Virus record (IMG/VR): IMGVR_UViG_3300009499_000013
Location: 1 to 52,767 of that record
Source: a virus
Lineage: Duplodnaviria > Caudoviricetes
Direction: 5' to 3' (one strand)
DNA: 52,767 bases
Shown: positions 38,201 through 47,645 of the stretch, piece after piece
Layout: each line of letters opens with the position of its first letter
Numbering within the stretch: the first letter of the stretch is position 1
The notes under the pieces: model-generated
What the model was told of the DNA's origin: nothing
Seen by the model: the letters and a program-made list of their open reading frames with translations, nothing else
Database searches by the model: none
Made by a program: the position numbers and the translations under genes

Positions 38201-38363
38201 TTGGGGCCTTGCCTGCGCTGTCAAGAACTTTTACTGCGGGACCCGCTGTCGATACACTCTTCGGTATGTCGTCGCCCTGCTTAAGCAGCGTGTTACCGTG
38301 GCTGTCATTACCGGTGCCCTCAACAATCATCGCTCTTTTTTTATCGCGTTCGTCAGTCATCAT
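35205..38363 (-). CDS. large baseplate / tail-tube initiator-like protein
   Basis: PFYFHDLRTNEIVSFHAF...FGRVDPV..YTGTDRSINLSF, PVIRLRLGDL, WEI...P tube-fold motifs. Confidence 0.65.
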   Translation of the reverse strand: MMTDERDKKRAMIVEGTGNDSHGNTLLKQGDDIPKSVSTAGPAVKVLDSAGKAPITLESMASYIRSLTSEGQAQNSYPVSELQATLSLKDTDGSPAQFITPSDGVFASAALLEALGVIGATFDDETLTKLRDPKTGFHEVLRHIVGNPQGKLQKSGGQSANVGNHHAEIATPPDAPEIQKKISEVLKRNRFNPNPGNTPYAVSPSATTIDKRPMGKLQTNLGGYDNVSVDGTTGITYEEMKKVGLALMLRATGIITKDGSPLGNPDRIATEAGGLLPGYAQLLASQVVDPRSMLAKNLTSIQGIPPGFDQKPHLDSELILDNGRNSYGNLNSYIAQFDGFAPITMIALGVALVLVVKLLIEGFLLGLNGLVGVNINATGLPSTTAIHPLGASRGKTQMAGGLISLQDLGIHEVRHDYLTSVNRGIDVFFQLDSFGDYVRVIKSPGYYAVLVRAIIRSGGEVVKAFGDIFSNLTNPITALQALSGLIDVIKTSTLIGFINMLAGLGDTVLYLEDNGFLSTGALGALGDPAEGTPDGRISYIDRLADNAITHVRKSRAKSMVPGLSWRTSSTPSLYLLPPSATGAASSFTQDKSTLEGVGNIADARIISEQGVSIDTSVINATGRIKGDDVKRIEDHLESEYVPFYFHDLRTNEIVSFHAFLSAIDESFNANYVKDTYFGRVDPVLGYTGTDRSINLSFHVIATSHADFDVMWWKINKLITMLYPQWSRGRKVEAGQDAFIQPFSQVMTSSPVIRLRLGDLYRSNYSKFGLARLFGIGTEDFKLDGTAGTMAAERAEKINAEAKKIRDKMMTDPVGSAKPEDDGYHEGDKAALKVNEKRAAPLPILGFSNKKKIQNTNEPLVCTINSRGKSTNPSTKIQVEIYTVVFDSPPEGVYAGPYIVEHNDLMPDEEFILSRALDKLGLTDSPTAEQRAVESFFSADNNVIVRSFESTRGRGLAGVITNVSFDWKTPSWEINLGSKAPQHCIVKMTFQPIHDIAPGIDADGFNRAPVYNVGHIVNEVASDPYGDTKTAREIHKKNADAVERLFKSDDIIG

Positions 38364-38593
38364 CGCCTCTTGAGCGTTGCTTCAAACTTTGCTCTAGTCT
38401 CAGGGTCATTCAGCGTTTTCACAAAAGCATCGAGACCCTTTGCTACCTCAGCAGTGAATGTCATGACTGTCGTTTCAATCTGCTTTCTAGCGAATTCGTC
38501 ATGCGTTCCACTCAATATCTGCTGATATCGCTCATCTGTCGCAAGATGTTGCAACACGTAGTCATTGATGCTTGTGTATTTTTCATCACTCAT
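38360..38593 (-). CDS. hypothetical protein
   Basis: ATGA overlaps on both sides. Confidence 0.7.
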   Translation of the reverse strand: MSDEKYTSINDYVLQHLATDERYQQILSGTHDEFARKQIETTVMTFTAEVAKGLDAFVKTLNDPETRAKFEATLKRR

Positions 38594-41500
38594 CTTGTCG
38601 GTTTCTCAGTGCTGACGATGCCATGCTCTGATAGCACTTTCGCTAGCTTATCTGCCTCCATCGTGACGTTGACGTTTAGCGTTATGTTTAGCTGACCCTG
38701 CTTAACGCGGAATTTTTCGTTGTCTATGCCAAGCTTATCTGCAAGCGCCTTTAGCTTTATGTCTAGATTAACGATATCAAGGTTCGCTAGACTGTCGTTA
38801 ATTGTGTTTGCTTCATCAATCATTGATGTGATGACAGCGACTGCGGGTGATGTGAAGTTTTTAACGCCCTTAATCACGCTAGAGCTGCTAAGAGCATCTG
38901 ATATCGCCTTAAGACTCTTATCAGCAATCATCTCCATGTTCGACGGCATGATGCTCAGGCTATCACTCAGGCTCTTTGAAATATTGGTACCCATGGCCAT
39001 TGCCTCTGTCGATGGCGAGTGAATACCCCACACGTCCTTGAATGCTTGGATGCCACTTGAAGCTGCATCGCTGAACGTGCTCTTGACGCTTGAAAATGCT
39101 TTATCAAATCCCTTCTTAAGACCATCAGCTAGCGCGCCGCCCATGCTTGTGATACCGCTGATGATTCCCTTGACTACGCTGACGCCGACATCAACGAATG
39201 TATCCCATGCTCCTGACACCCATCCAGTCAATGACTTGATGATGTCTCCAAACGACATATTCATCAAAACGTTTGCTGCTTTAAGAGTTTCATTGAACTT
39301 ATCAGACAACCAACCAAAGAATGTCCCGAGCGCACTGAATAGGTCGCCGACGCCCTTCGTGATGTCCTTTAACATTGAGCCGATGATTGGTATCTGTCCC
39401 AGTGCATCTCCAATCTTATAAGCAAACGACGCAATGACACCAGATACTACCTGCAACGCGGTCGATGTCATCTTTAAAAGCCATGGGATAAGCTTTGTGA
39501 TGACGATTGCAAGGCCCTTCATCAACCATATACCGAGTTGTGTTGTGATACCGATTGTCAGTGCAGGAAGCTTATACACGAACAACTTAAGTTGGTCTCC
39601 AATGAAACTAACGAGCCTATCTCCAAAATTAGATGCTGCAGTCTGTACGTCTGCAGAGCTACCATTCATCACCGCAGATATCAGCTCACCCAACGAACCG
39701 AATATCTCAATTCCCTCTCTTACTGTTTCTCTAAACATCCTTGCAATCTCTTTACCGAAAGGCAAAGATGTTATTCCATCAAACAGGCTCTTTGATAACG
39801 ATGCGGCCTGCTTTCCAATCATCTTAATCACACTGTCTGGTATCAACCCAAACGAAATCGTGTCAGCAATGCCTGCTATGGATGCACCAACCATTGAGTC
39901 CGTCTTACCAAACTCTTTGCTCAAATCATCACGAAACTTCTTCATTCCCCTATTTGTACCGATTGCTGTCGCTAGCACTCCACCGATAAGAGCTGGGATG
40001 ATGACAAACGGGCTAGCCAATGCAGTAGCCAATGTCTCTCCAGCTCCTGCTAATATTCCACTAGCAGATGAGATTCCTCCACCAGACACCCACGTTGCAA
40101 GACCACTCAACGCTGCCTGCGAAACGCTAAAAACAAGCGCTGATGTTGCTGCCTTGATGAATGCAGACCCAAATATGACGCTAGCTGCACCTATCGCTAG
40201 TGGTGTGAGCGCACCCTTAATATCATCACCGTGCTTATCCCATATCTTTTCAAGCATTGTCTTGAATGCAGGCCAAAGCTTCTTGATTGGGCCGTTATCA
40301 TTATTGAACTCCTTGATGATTGGGTCAAGTAACGACCTCGCGATGCCTCCTCCAGGGATGTTCTTTGGCATACCCTCACCAGTGATGATGCTAGTGATGA
40401 TTTGGAATATCTGAACAGCTCCGTTCGAAAATTCTCTAATTAAACCAGCGACGATATTACCGATTGCACTGAACAGCTGCTTACCATTGCCCTCTGCACC
40501 CTTTACATCAAATGATGATAAAAACTCTGAGAATGATGACTTTAGCTCAACAAAAAGCCTTGAGACTGCCCCGGGGCCATCTTTGATTGTCTTAAAGAAC
40601 TTCATGAATGAATCACGAACGCCTGTTATGAACTTACCAAAGGGTGCGAAACCATCTCCAACCTTGAGCATATTTCGCAGACCCTCAGTGATTCCCTTGA
40701 TACCTGGGAAGAAGTCCATGAATGCTTGCCCCATCTCAATTCCTACCTGATACGTTCTATGCAATGCACCATGAAGCTTAACCATCAGGTCTCTAAAATC
40801 ACGTGCGTTGAATATTCCGCGTGCAAAACCGTCAGCAAGCGCTTGTAAAAATCCAGCGAATTGCTTAAACGGTTTAATGACACGCTCAATCGATTTTTGC
40901 ACCTCTGCGACAGCTTCAGCGGTTGTAAGTTGTCGTTGTTCTGTTATCTTCCCCTGTTTTTCAAGCTCTTGCATTGAAATACCAGCGTTCTTTTGTGATA
41001 ATGCAACCCTAGCGGTCTCTTCAGACAAACCAGTCGTCTGTGCAAGTAGCTTAAGCTCCTGACGTGATAACATGTCTGCAGACTTTCCCGTTGATAAGAA
41101 AGCTCTTCTAAGCTCTTCGATACGCTCAGCAGGGTTCTCTGATTTCATTAGTTTAATTGCATCAACATTTGCGCCGAACGCTTGTGAAAGCATCGCAGCG
41201 CTCTCTGCAGCGCTTTCAAACGTATCAAACTTATCAACGACACCAAGTAAATCTTGAACATCAAGTCCAAGCTTTCTTGCATAAACACTCACCCTCGCAA
41301 GCTCTTTTGGTGCCATGTTGCCGAAATGCTTGACATCACCCACCATCAAGCCCATATCACGAGAAATGAGCTTTTGAGATACTCCAAACTTTTTGCCGAA
41401 ATCGACAGAGAACTTTGTCATCTCCTTCAGCTGTGAAGATATCGGCGAACCCACTGCTTTCGCTCTTTTTGCGAGAGCCTTCATGTTTTCATCAGTCAGG

Positions 41501-42303
41501 CCAAGACCCTTCTGAAGAAGCATGACAGCGCCATTTCCTTTGAGAATCTCATCACTGAAAAGCTCAAACGTTGCACCCATTGCTGTCGCTAGCTTATTGA
41601 CTGCCTGAAGTCGTTCATCCAACGACCCAAAGACACGATACCCGCCCAAACCGATGTTTTCGAACCCAGTGCCTATGTTCTTAGCTGTCTCAATGATGTC
41701 TCTGCCTGAACCTGAGTTGATATCGCCGAACTGCTTTCGAACCTCTTCCGTCGCTCGTGCTATGGCCTCCATCAGTGGCACAAGCTTATTCGAGATTGCA
41801 ATCAATGCACTGAGCGACCTGAATGGTATCGCTGCGATTGATAGGCTTGTGTCTTTTATCCCCTTCGTCATCGCGCCGACAAGTCCTATGGTCGCGCTCA
41901 ATGTATGCTTAACAAGCTTGAATCCACTTATGAGACCGTCAGCGAATCCAGCGACCGCAGCGCTAGCTGGGCCGTATTGCTTCGTCAGTTTTTCTGTTGC
42001 AATCTTTAGACCCGTTGTCGCATCCTTCGATTTCAATATTTTTTCTGCAATTTTTATCGCAGAGACCTGCCCAGATATCTGCAACTCTTCGAAACGCTCT
42101 GTCGTATCACCAAGAGCCTCGTGCATGCTCTTGATTGTTGCGAGGATATCCTCCTGCTTCGGTTCAACCTCAGTCCATGCCTGCTTCAATCCGATGACAT
42201 CAGCTAGCTGTGATTTAACGAGCTTTGATTGCTCACTAAGCAACTCGTTTCGTGCAGTAAGAACACGATTAAGTGCTAGCTGTAATTCAAGTTGAGATGC
42301 CAC
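38590..42303 (-). CDS. tape measure protein
   Basis: 1237 aa, helical, A/G/S-rich with hydrophobic stretches; between chaperone and baseplate genes. Confidence 0.8.
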   Translation of the reverse strand: MASQLELQLALNRVLTARNELLSEQSKLVKSQLADVIGLKQAWTEVEPKQEDILATIKSMHEALGDTTERFEELQISGQVSAIKIAEKILKSKDATTGLKIATEKLTKQYGPASAAVAGFADGLISGFKLVKHTLSATIGLVGAMTKGIKDTSLSIAAIPFRSLSALIAISNKLVPLMEAIARATEEVRKQFGDINSGSGRDIIETAKNIGTGFENIGLGGYRVFGSLDERLQAVNKLATAMGATFELFSDEILKGNGAVMLLQKGLGLTDENMKALAKRAKAVGSPISSQLKEMTKFSVDFGKKFGVSQKLISRDMGLMVGDVKHFGNMAPKELARVSVYARKLGLDVQDLLGVVDKFDTFESAAESAAMLSQAFGANVDAIKLMKSENPAERIEELRRAFLSTGKSADMLSRQELKLLAQTTGLSEETARVALSQKNAGISMQELEKQGKITEQRQLTTAEAVAEVQKSIERVIKPFKQFAGFLQALADGFARGIFNARDFRDLMVKLHGALHRTYQVGIEMGQAFMDFFPGIKGITEGLRNMLKVGDGFAPFGKFITGVRDSFMKFFKTIKDGPGAVSRLFVELKSSFSEFLSSFDVKGAEGNGKQLFSAIGNIVAGLIREFSNGAVQIFQIITSIITGEGMPKNIPGGGIARSLLDPIIKEFNNDNGPIKKLWPAFKTMLEKIWDKHGDDIKGALTPLAIGAASVIFGSAFIKAATSALVFSVSQAALSGLATWVSGGGISSASGILAGAGETLATALASPFVIIPALIGGVLATAIGTNRGMKKFRDDLSKEFGKTDSMVGASIAGIADTISFGLIPDSVIKMIGKQAASLSKSLFDGITSLPFGKEIARMFRETVREGIEIFGSLGELISAVMNGSSADVQTAASNFGDRLVSFIGDQLKLFVYKLPALTIGITTQLGIWLMKGLAIVITKLIPWLLKMTSTALQVVSGVIASFAYKIGDALGQIPIIGSMLKDITKGVGDLFSALGTFFGWLSDKFNETLKAANVLMNMSFGDIIKSLTGWVSGAWDTFVDVGVSVVKGIISGITSMGGALADGLKKGFDKAFSSVKSTFSDAASSGIQAFKDVWGIHSPSTEAMAMGTNISKSLSDSLSIMPSNMEMIADKSLKAISDALSSSSVIKGVKNFTSPAVAVITSMIDEANTINDSLANLDIVNLDIKLKALADKLGIDNEKFRVKQGQLNITLNVNVTMEADKLAKVLSEHGIVSTEKPTR

Positions 42304-42351
42304 TCATCACACCGATAGTCTTAAGTATGACGTGGTGAAGTTTGACGTTGT

Positions 42352-42645
42352 TTAAAGTGGCCAAGGAACGCCGAGAATACGCTCAAACTCATCAGCGTCC
42401 ACGTGTGCTAACTGAAGCTTATCCATGATTGATTGCACGGTTGCACCGGGCCTATGAAGCTCATTCTGAAACGCCTTAGATGAAAGAAGCGCGCGCTTCA
42501 GAATGTCAATCTCATCAGGCGTCCCTTTAATCTTTATGTTCGTCGCTTTTCCAAGAATTGATGCAGCAACACCCGCCAAGAACAGTTTTCCGACAGTGCT
42601 GATTTGAAAATTATCGAAAAAACCCTCGTTCAACGTCTTACCCAT
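42352..42645 (-). CDS. hypothetical virion-associated protein
   Basis: ORF in tail operon; LNE near the N-terminus. Confidence 0.65.
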   Translation of the reverse strand: MGKTLNEGFFDNFQISTVGKLFLAGVAASILGKATNIKIKGTPDEIDILKRALLSSKAFQNELHRPGATVQSIMDKLQLAHVDADEFERILGVPWPL

Positions 42646-42661
42646 GTCTTTACCTATTCAG

Positions 42662-42907
42662 CTAGAACCTCTTCTTATGGGGTTGTGATTTACTCAACAA
42701 CCGTGCAATGGTCGCATCGTTCTTGTCGTGACTATCGTCTTCACTTCCTGACTGCTTCTCAAGCTCAGCGTTGATTCTTTGTATGAACCATTGTCTCCAT
42801 TTAATTGGTAGGTTCCATGCTTCAACAAATGAAAACCCACCATGATATGTGAGCAAGAACGTCGGTTCAAGAAAGACATCCTGGTCATTCGGACCCAGGC
42901 CAAAAAA
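42662..42907 (-). CDS. tail assembly chaperone C-terminal extension (+1 frame, no ATG)
   Basis: FFGLGPNDQDVFLEPTFLLTYHGGFSFVEAWNLPIKWRQWFIQRI; frame opens just before a T7 run. Confidence 0.65.
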   Translation of the reverse strand, partial: FFGLGPNDQDVFLEPTFLLTYHGGFSFVEAWNLPIKWRQWFIQRINAELEKQSGSEDDSHDKNDATIARLLSKSQPHKKRF

Positions 42908-43730
42908 ACTCTGGCCCCAGGGACACGCTCACCTCCCCGGTGTAATTACATGATGGACACGTCATTTCACCGTTGAGCTGCATCCCTGGCTCATTGTCTT
43001 GAATGAATCGACGAAGTGCCTTTGAGTCAAATGCTGGCATACGAGGAATTGCTAACGCAATCTGATTTCTGTCTGTGATTCCGTTGATGGACACGACGGA
43101 CTGTATAAGCCCTGATGTAATGATATCAGCGTCTCCAACACCCGGACCAATCTTCTTTTTTTGCGTTTGTGCAACAGAAAACTCTTCCTCATCAGCACCC
43201 GTCAAAAACCTAAAACGCACGACTGCCTTTGTCTGTGGCAACGTCATCTCAAAAAGATTCATACCATTTTCCACGGGCTTAAGCGAGAGGTATCTGATAG
43301 GGAATTTTTCTAGGTTAAACACCTGCTGTGATTTTTCTTCACACTCAGTGCATGATACCTTAAACTTGTAATCTGCACCGTATCCTGAGATACGTGCTGC
43401 TATCATTATGACTGAGCGGTCGCCCATCAACATCTCACGTGCGTTGATTTTTTTGTCTTGCAGACATGATTGCACAAACTGCGTTAGAAGTGTGCCTTTC
43501 TTTGCAAGCGATTTATTAGTTAGAATGTTTTCCTGAGCCGCTGTCATTGATGAAATAACGACACTTGTTTTTCCTGATAGGGGGTGACCCTCTGGATACA
43601 CACTACCCATTGAAGGAAGAGGTACATCAATCGTCGGAACATCAAAAACTAGGCCTGTCTGGTTTTGAACGTGTTGTCTTTCTTCACCTGCTGGAATGAA
43701 GATTTCGTTCTTACGTGGTGTGTCAATCAT
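42885..43730 (-). CDS. tail/baseplate assembly chaperone (T4 gp26-like)
   Basis: VPLPSMG..YP, MTAAQENILT, GDR...ARISGYG, CTEC, LPQTK..VRFRFLTG, CPSC, FFWP end. Confidence 0.75.
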   Translation of the reverse strand: MIDTPRKNEIFIPAGEERQHVQNQTGLVFDVPTIDVPLPSMGSVYPEGHPLSGKTSVVISSMTAAQENILTNKSLAKKGTLLTQFVQSCLQDKKINAREMLMGDRSVIMIAARISGYGADYKFKVSCTECEEKSQQVFNLEKFPIRYLSLKPVENGMNLFEMTLPQTKAVVRFRFLTGADEEEFSVAQTQKKKIGPGVGDADIITSGLIQSVVSINGITDRNQIALAIPRMPAFDSKALRRFIQDNEPGMQLNGEMTCPSCNYTGEVSVSLGPEFFWPGSE

Positions 43731-43769
43731 CGTATGATACTATATCACATAACGCTATTTTCTGTTAGG

Positions 43770-44819
43770 TTAAAGCCCACTTCCTGATGCTGGACCCAAT
43801 GCAAACGCATCGTTATTCGTGTTATTGTGTGTCGCGCTCACCTTAAAAATCTGGTCGATGCCACCGCTTTGAAAACGAACTATGCCTCCAGCTTCATCAG
43901 ATGTATGAAATACACCTCTGTATATCCCTAATGCACGAGCTGGTGCCGCTCCTGTAGCACCTGCACCGTAAGCAGAAACCGGATACACAACCTGCCTAGA
44001 ACCAGCTGGTGTTGCTTTCCACGTCGAATAGTCATCATATGCGACAGTTTGCGTACCGTCCTTAAACATATATTGCCATACGTTAGTACTCAATCCAGAA
44101 GTTGCATCTCCGTATGCTACACCACCAGACACAATGAACACACCGGCGTGGCTTGTCGAATTTGTGTTGTTATGACCGAAAAATGTTGTGAGTGATGACC
44201 AGAATGTTGTTGAGATAACAACTGGTCCTGACGTAACAATCCCGTATATGCGGAAATTGTTTTCTCCGCTCAAACCGTCATGGCTCTCCACGACAGCTCC
44301 AGCCAGGAATCCAAACGTTCCCGATGACGATGACCTATCCTTGAAGCCAACAAAGATGTTGTCCTCGCTCTCAAGCACGAACGATGCGCTTATCGAGCCT
44401 GTGTTTGCGCAGAACCAGTATCCGCTCCAACGCGGGTTGCCAGTCGCTGTCTGAAAGGGTCTGTCAGCGTTCTGCCCCCTGAAGCTTCCCGAACCGTTCT
44501 CGGTGATGTCGGGCGTCAGTCCGACCGCGAGTCGATACTGATACGTTGCTGCTGCCGCGGCATCATCAGGCGCCCTATAAGCCGTCGAACCCGTGATGTT
44601 GTATGCCAACACGACGTTGCAATTGCTTGACGTGCTGTATGTCGCATTCGGCCTGAAGAGCAGAGATGTCGTTCCCGTGTTCGGTGTCTCAACAAGCGTC
44701 CAATACTGACAGCTCTGAAGCTGTGATTTCAAAGTTGCGATAACGTTCGTTGCCGCTGTCGATGACGGGATGCTCGGGGTCGCCGCGATGCGCCAATTGA
44801 GCTTCGGAAGGTTTGTCAT
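43770..44819 (-). CDS. putative virion protein, paralog of 44821-45921
   Basis: colinear shared motifs with the upstream gene. Confidence 0.65.
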   Translation of the reverse strand: MTNLPKLNWRIAATPSIPSSTAATNVIATLKSQLQSCQYWTLVETPNTGTTSLLFRPNATYSTSSNCNVVLAYNITGSTAYRAPDDAAAAATYQYRLAVGLTPDITENGSGSFRGQNADRPFQTATGNPRWSGYWFCANTGSISASFVLESEDNIFVGFKDRSSSSGTFGFLAGAVVESHDGLSGENNFRIYGIVTSGPVVISTTFWSSLTTFFGHNNTNSTSHAGVFIVSGGVAYGDATSGLSTNVWQYMFKDGTQTVAYDDYSTWKATPAGSRQVVYPVSAYGAGATGAAPARALGIYRGVFHTSDEAGGIVRFQSGGIDQIFKVSATHNNTNNDAFALGPASGSGL

Positions 44820-44820
44820 A

Positions 44821-45921
44821 TCACTGCCTGTTCAGGAAGACGATTGCATCTGATGAGTTTAATGAATCGGGCCCAAATGTGATACCAACTGTCGACGTCG
44901 CATTGACACCTGTTGCAATTAACATCAAAGCAGGGAAATCTTGCGTCATGTATGTCTGTCGTAAGAACCCGATTAACCTCATCGGCGAGGCGGCCGAAAC
45001 GATTGGTATCGGCCATCCAATGAGACTCTCTGTTGATGTGGTGTGCTGACCCCTGTCTGATGATGTGTCTGACGCACCTGCAAGTGTTGCTTGTGCAACC
45101 CTACTAACTAGTTCCCATGTATTTGAATTTGCTGCGCCTGTTGCAGTCGGTGCGTTCGGCACACCTCCTGAGACAGGGAAAACACCAGCCAAACACGTGT
45201 TTACTGTCGTGGTATTACCAAAAAATCCAGATGTCAACGTTGATAACCACGTCGCACCAAATGTTGCAGCGGTCATCGTCATCCCATACACACGCCCTGT
45301 CGAGCCCGTCTCCTGCTCACCGCTACCGCTATCACAGCTCTGGATGAAGGCTCCGCAGCCGATGCCGTAGTGGTTTGTGTTGCCTCTGCGACCCTTAAAT
45401 CCGACCCAGAGCGTCTCCTGGCTCTCAATGAGATACATCTGGTCAGCTGAGTTCGTGCCATTCAAGAAACCCGTGTAATACTTGCTCCAACGAACGTTTG
45501 GGCCCCATGGCCTGTCTGAGTTCCACGACCCAGTTACCCATACGTTATTCGGTGTGACGTCGGGCGTGAAGCCCATCAAGAACGCGTTCGTGGTCGCTGT
45601 GTCAGCCACACCTGCAGTTCTATCCTGCATTATCTGCGTCGTCGTTGCACCACCGAGCGCACCTGAGACGTTCATCGTTGCGATGATGCGCATGTTCTGC
45701 GTCGAAGAGTAGTCAGGGTTGGGCTTGAGCACCAACGCCTCAGTCGCACTCCCCGTCACGTCCTGCACATCAACGAGCCAGTAGCTCGACGACTGGATGA
45801 GGCGCTGAAGTGTATACATGAGATACTGCTTCGAGGCATTCCCAGAGGCTCCAGGCTGTGCGACGCCAGAGACGATTGCGACGGGTCCGACGAGGTTCCA
45901 TGTTAAGGTTGGTAGCACCAT
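44821..45921 (-). CDS. putative virion protein, paralog of 43770-44819
   Basis: T/G/S-rich; colinear shared motifs. Confidence 0.65.
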   Translation of the reverse strand: MVLPTLTWNLVGPVAIVSGVAQPGASGNASKQYLMYTLQRLIQSSSYWLVDVQDVTGSATEALVLKPNPDYSSTQNMRIIATMNVSGALGGATTTQIMQDRTAGVADTATTNAFLMGFTPDVTPNNVWVTGSWNSDRPWGPNVRWSKYYTGFLNGTNSADQMYLIESQETLWVGFKGRRGNTNHYGIGCGAFIQSCDSGSGEQETGSTGRVYGMTMTAATFGATWLSTLTSGFFGNTTTVNTCLAGVFPVSGGVPNAPTATGAANSNTWELVSRVAQATLAGASDTSSDRGQHTTSTESLIGWPIPIVSAASPMRLIGFLRQTYMTQDFPALMLIATGVNATSTVGITFGPDSLNSSDAIVFLNRQ

Positions 45922-46251
45922 TTAGACGACCCTCACTGCGCTTCCAGAAAATACAAGAATATCGGTTGAAATGTTAAACGCAGGTATGAAATTTAGTGCA
46001 ACGACAATCGGTGCACGTGTCCAACCGTTTCCGAACGTATCAGGTGTCCCACCGGTGATTGTGATGAACCCATTCGCGGCGTCGATTGATGTTCTGTAGT
46101 TATAGACGACCATCGTGGAGCTCAGTACTCCAGTGTAGTTGGGCATTGTCATTATTGATGTTGGTGTTGCAAAGGGCGAAACAGTCAGCCAATAAACCCA
46201 ACCAGCCGTCCCTGTATCACGGGCACGCATGTAGTATGTCTGAATATCCAC
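45922..46251 (-). CDS. hypothetical virion-like protein
   Basis: GAGG before GTG; abuts the next gene. Confidence 0.6.
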   Translation of the reverse strand: MDIQTYYMRARDTGTAGWVYWLTVSPFATPTSIMTMPNYTGVLSSTMVVYNYRTSIDAANGFITITGGTPDTFGNGWTRAPIVVALNFIPAFNISTDILVFSGSAVRVV

Positions 46252-46291
46252 CTCTGATAGGTATTCAGCCGCACATTTGGCAAATTGACAA

Positions 46292-46489
46292 TCATTTCAA
46301 CATTAAGAATGATATCGTCAAATCATCAATGTCTTTTTTTTCTCCAAATTGCGTTAATACGACGTAAGTTTGTCCAAAACGTCCCACAACTACATTCAAA
46401 ACAACGCAACATTTACCGTAATAGCTATCGAGTTGCTCAAATACAATAAGTTCACCAACTGTGTGGTGCTGCGCTTTATGCGTCGTCAT
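46292..46489 (-). CDS. small hypothetical protein
   Basis: overlapping small-ORF operon. Confidence 0.55.
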   Translation of the reverse strand: MTTHKAQHHTVGELIVFEQLDSYYGKCCVVLNVVVGRFGQTYVVLTQFGEKKDIDDLTISFLMLK

Positions 46490-46688
46490 ATAAGTTTAGT
46501 TTAATCGGTTCAAACGTTGCAAACAAAAAAGTTACATCAGATTTTTCTTCTAAAAATCCATCAGATGTAAGAACAGTGTACCACGAAAAAATCTTACCAT
46601 GTTGTTCAATCGAGCTTCTGATGAAGATGCATGGCTCGTTGTCGATGAACACGAGGTCTCCCAATCGAAGCTTTGAGGCATCAATCAT
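46476..46688 (-). CDS. small hypothetical protein
   Basis: LRLGDLVFID KOW/SH3-like start. Confidence 0.55.
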   Translation of the reverse strand: MIDASKLRLGDLVFIDNEPCIFIRSSIEQHGKIFSWYTVLTSDGFLEEKSDVTFLFATFEPIKLNLYDDA

Positions 46689-46915
46689 ATGTTCTCAAGC
46701 ACCGTAATGTTATACATGCGTGTGTAAGACCACGTTACAACATTCATCTTAGATAATGACAAAAATTTGATGAACTGATGCCCGAGCCAGACGTCTGGTA
46801 AATCTGGTAAATCAACCGTCTGCAAAAAGATACCGACGTCTGTCTTGAACTCAAAACCGTTACTATGATTCACGGTTTCATAATATAGAAAAGTGAACAG
46901 AGCTCCTTCCACCAT
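46685..46915 (-). CDS. small hypothetical protein
   Basis: TATTCT-N6-ATG promoter. Confidence 0.55.
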   Translation of the reverse strand: MVEGALFTFLYYETVNHSNGFEFKTDVGIFLQTVDLPDLPDVWLGHQFIKFLSLSKMNVVTWSYTRMYNITVLENI

Positions 46916-47078
46916 TTACATAGAATATCACACGTGATGGGACGATATCATTGCAACGTGATTGGCGTCTCTCTTCATCGACGATGTTATGTGTCGTTTT
47001 AAGGTGTAAAGATAATGTAGGTTCTTTGCTAAACGATAAAGAGCAAATTGGGCATGCTAATGTCTTGAGCGGTCTCAT
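46878..47078 (-). pseudogene. C2H2 zinc-finger remnant, possibly a truncated homing endonuclease
   Basis: CPICSLSFSKEPTLSLHLKTTHNI, then runs through the next gene's promoter. Confidence 0.45.
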
Positions 47079-47156
47079 TGATTATGGTGCACAAGATTTA
47101 GCACCATTAATCATTATAATATCATGCTGTGGTACATGACACCAAACAATAGCAAC

Positions 47157-47645
47157 TCAGTACTGTAAGCACGCGTTATCGAATCTCACTAACATAGTGA
47201 TTGTAGCAGCATCATTATTGTCGTAAGACAGTTCGTTATAGTTGATGTCTTTCGGCCAACAACCTTTGATCTCCCAAAGCTCTATAGCCGTACCGACTGG
47301 GTCCAGCATCAAAAGTTGAATGTCTCTCTTGTAGAAGTCAGCGTAGCCAGCTCTACCAGAGATGCTCTCAAAGTTCAAACGAATCCACTCTTCAACCTGC
47401 TGTGCCCCCGACGGCGCGATTGGGTCATAGAGCTCAATCGCCATCGGTTGCCAGTCATGCTTACCAGCGAGGTAGCGCTTGCTGTTAATCCAATCGACTG
47501 CAATCTCTTCAAAGACGCGTTGTGGGCGCGCAGTGCTCTTTGCGAGGAAGGCATCGATACCCTCAACACGTAATATCCATCTAAACTTTCTTTTGGGTTC
47601 GAAGGCGTTCGGTATCATGTCGCTGACATCAAGTGTTTCAGCCAT
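47157..47645 (-). CDS. tail tube protein (T4 gp19-like)
   Basis: FEPKRKFRW, GKHDWQPM.IELYDPI, LDPVG...WEIKGCWP, LSYD; AGGAG RBS. Confidence 0.9.
   Translation of the reverse strand: MAETLDVSDMIPNAFEPKRKFRWILRVEGIDAFLAKSTARPQRVFEEIAVDWINSKRYLAGKHDWQPMAIELYDPIAPSGAQQVEEWIRLNFESISGRAGYADFYKRDIQLLMLDPVGTAIELWEIKGCWPKDINYNELSYDNNDAATITMLVRFDNACLQY

Noticed and set aside
38720-42295. Long plus-strand ORFs opposite the tape measure gene
   Set aside because: Antisense shadows caused by codon bias; no motifs
42694-42903. -1 frameshift product of the chaperone
   Set aside because: The -1 frame peptide looks non-protein-like, whereas the +1 frame carries the chaperone-like W/F motif
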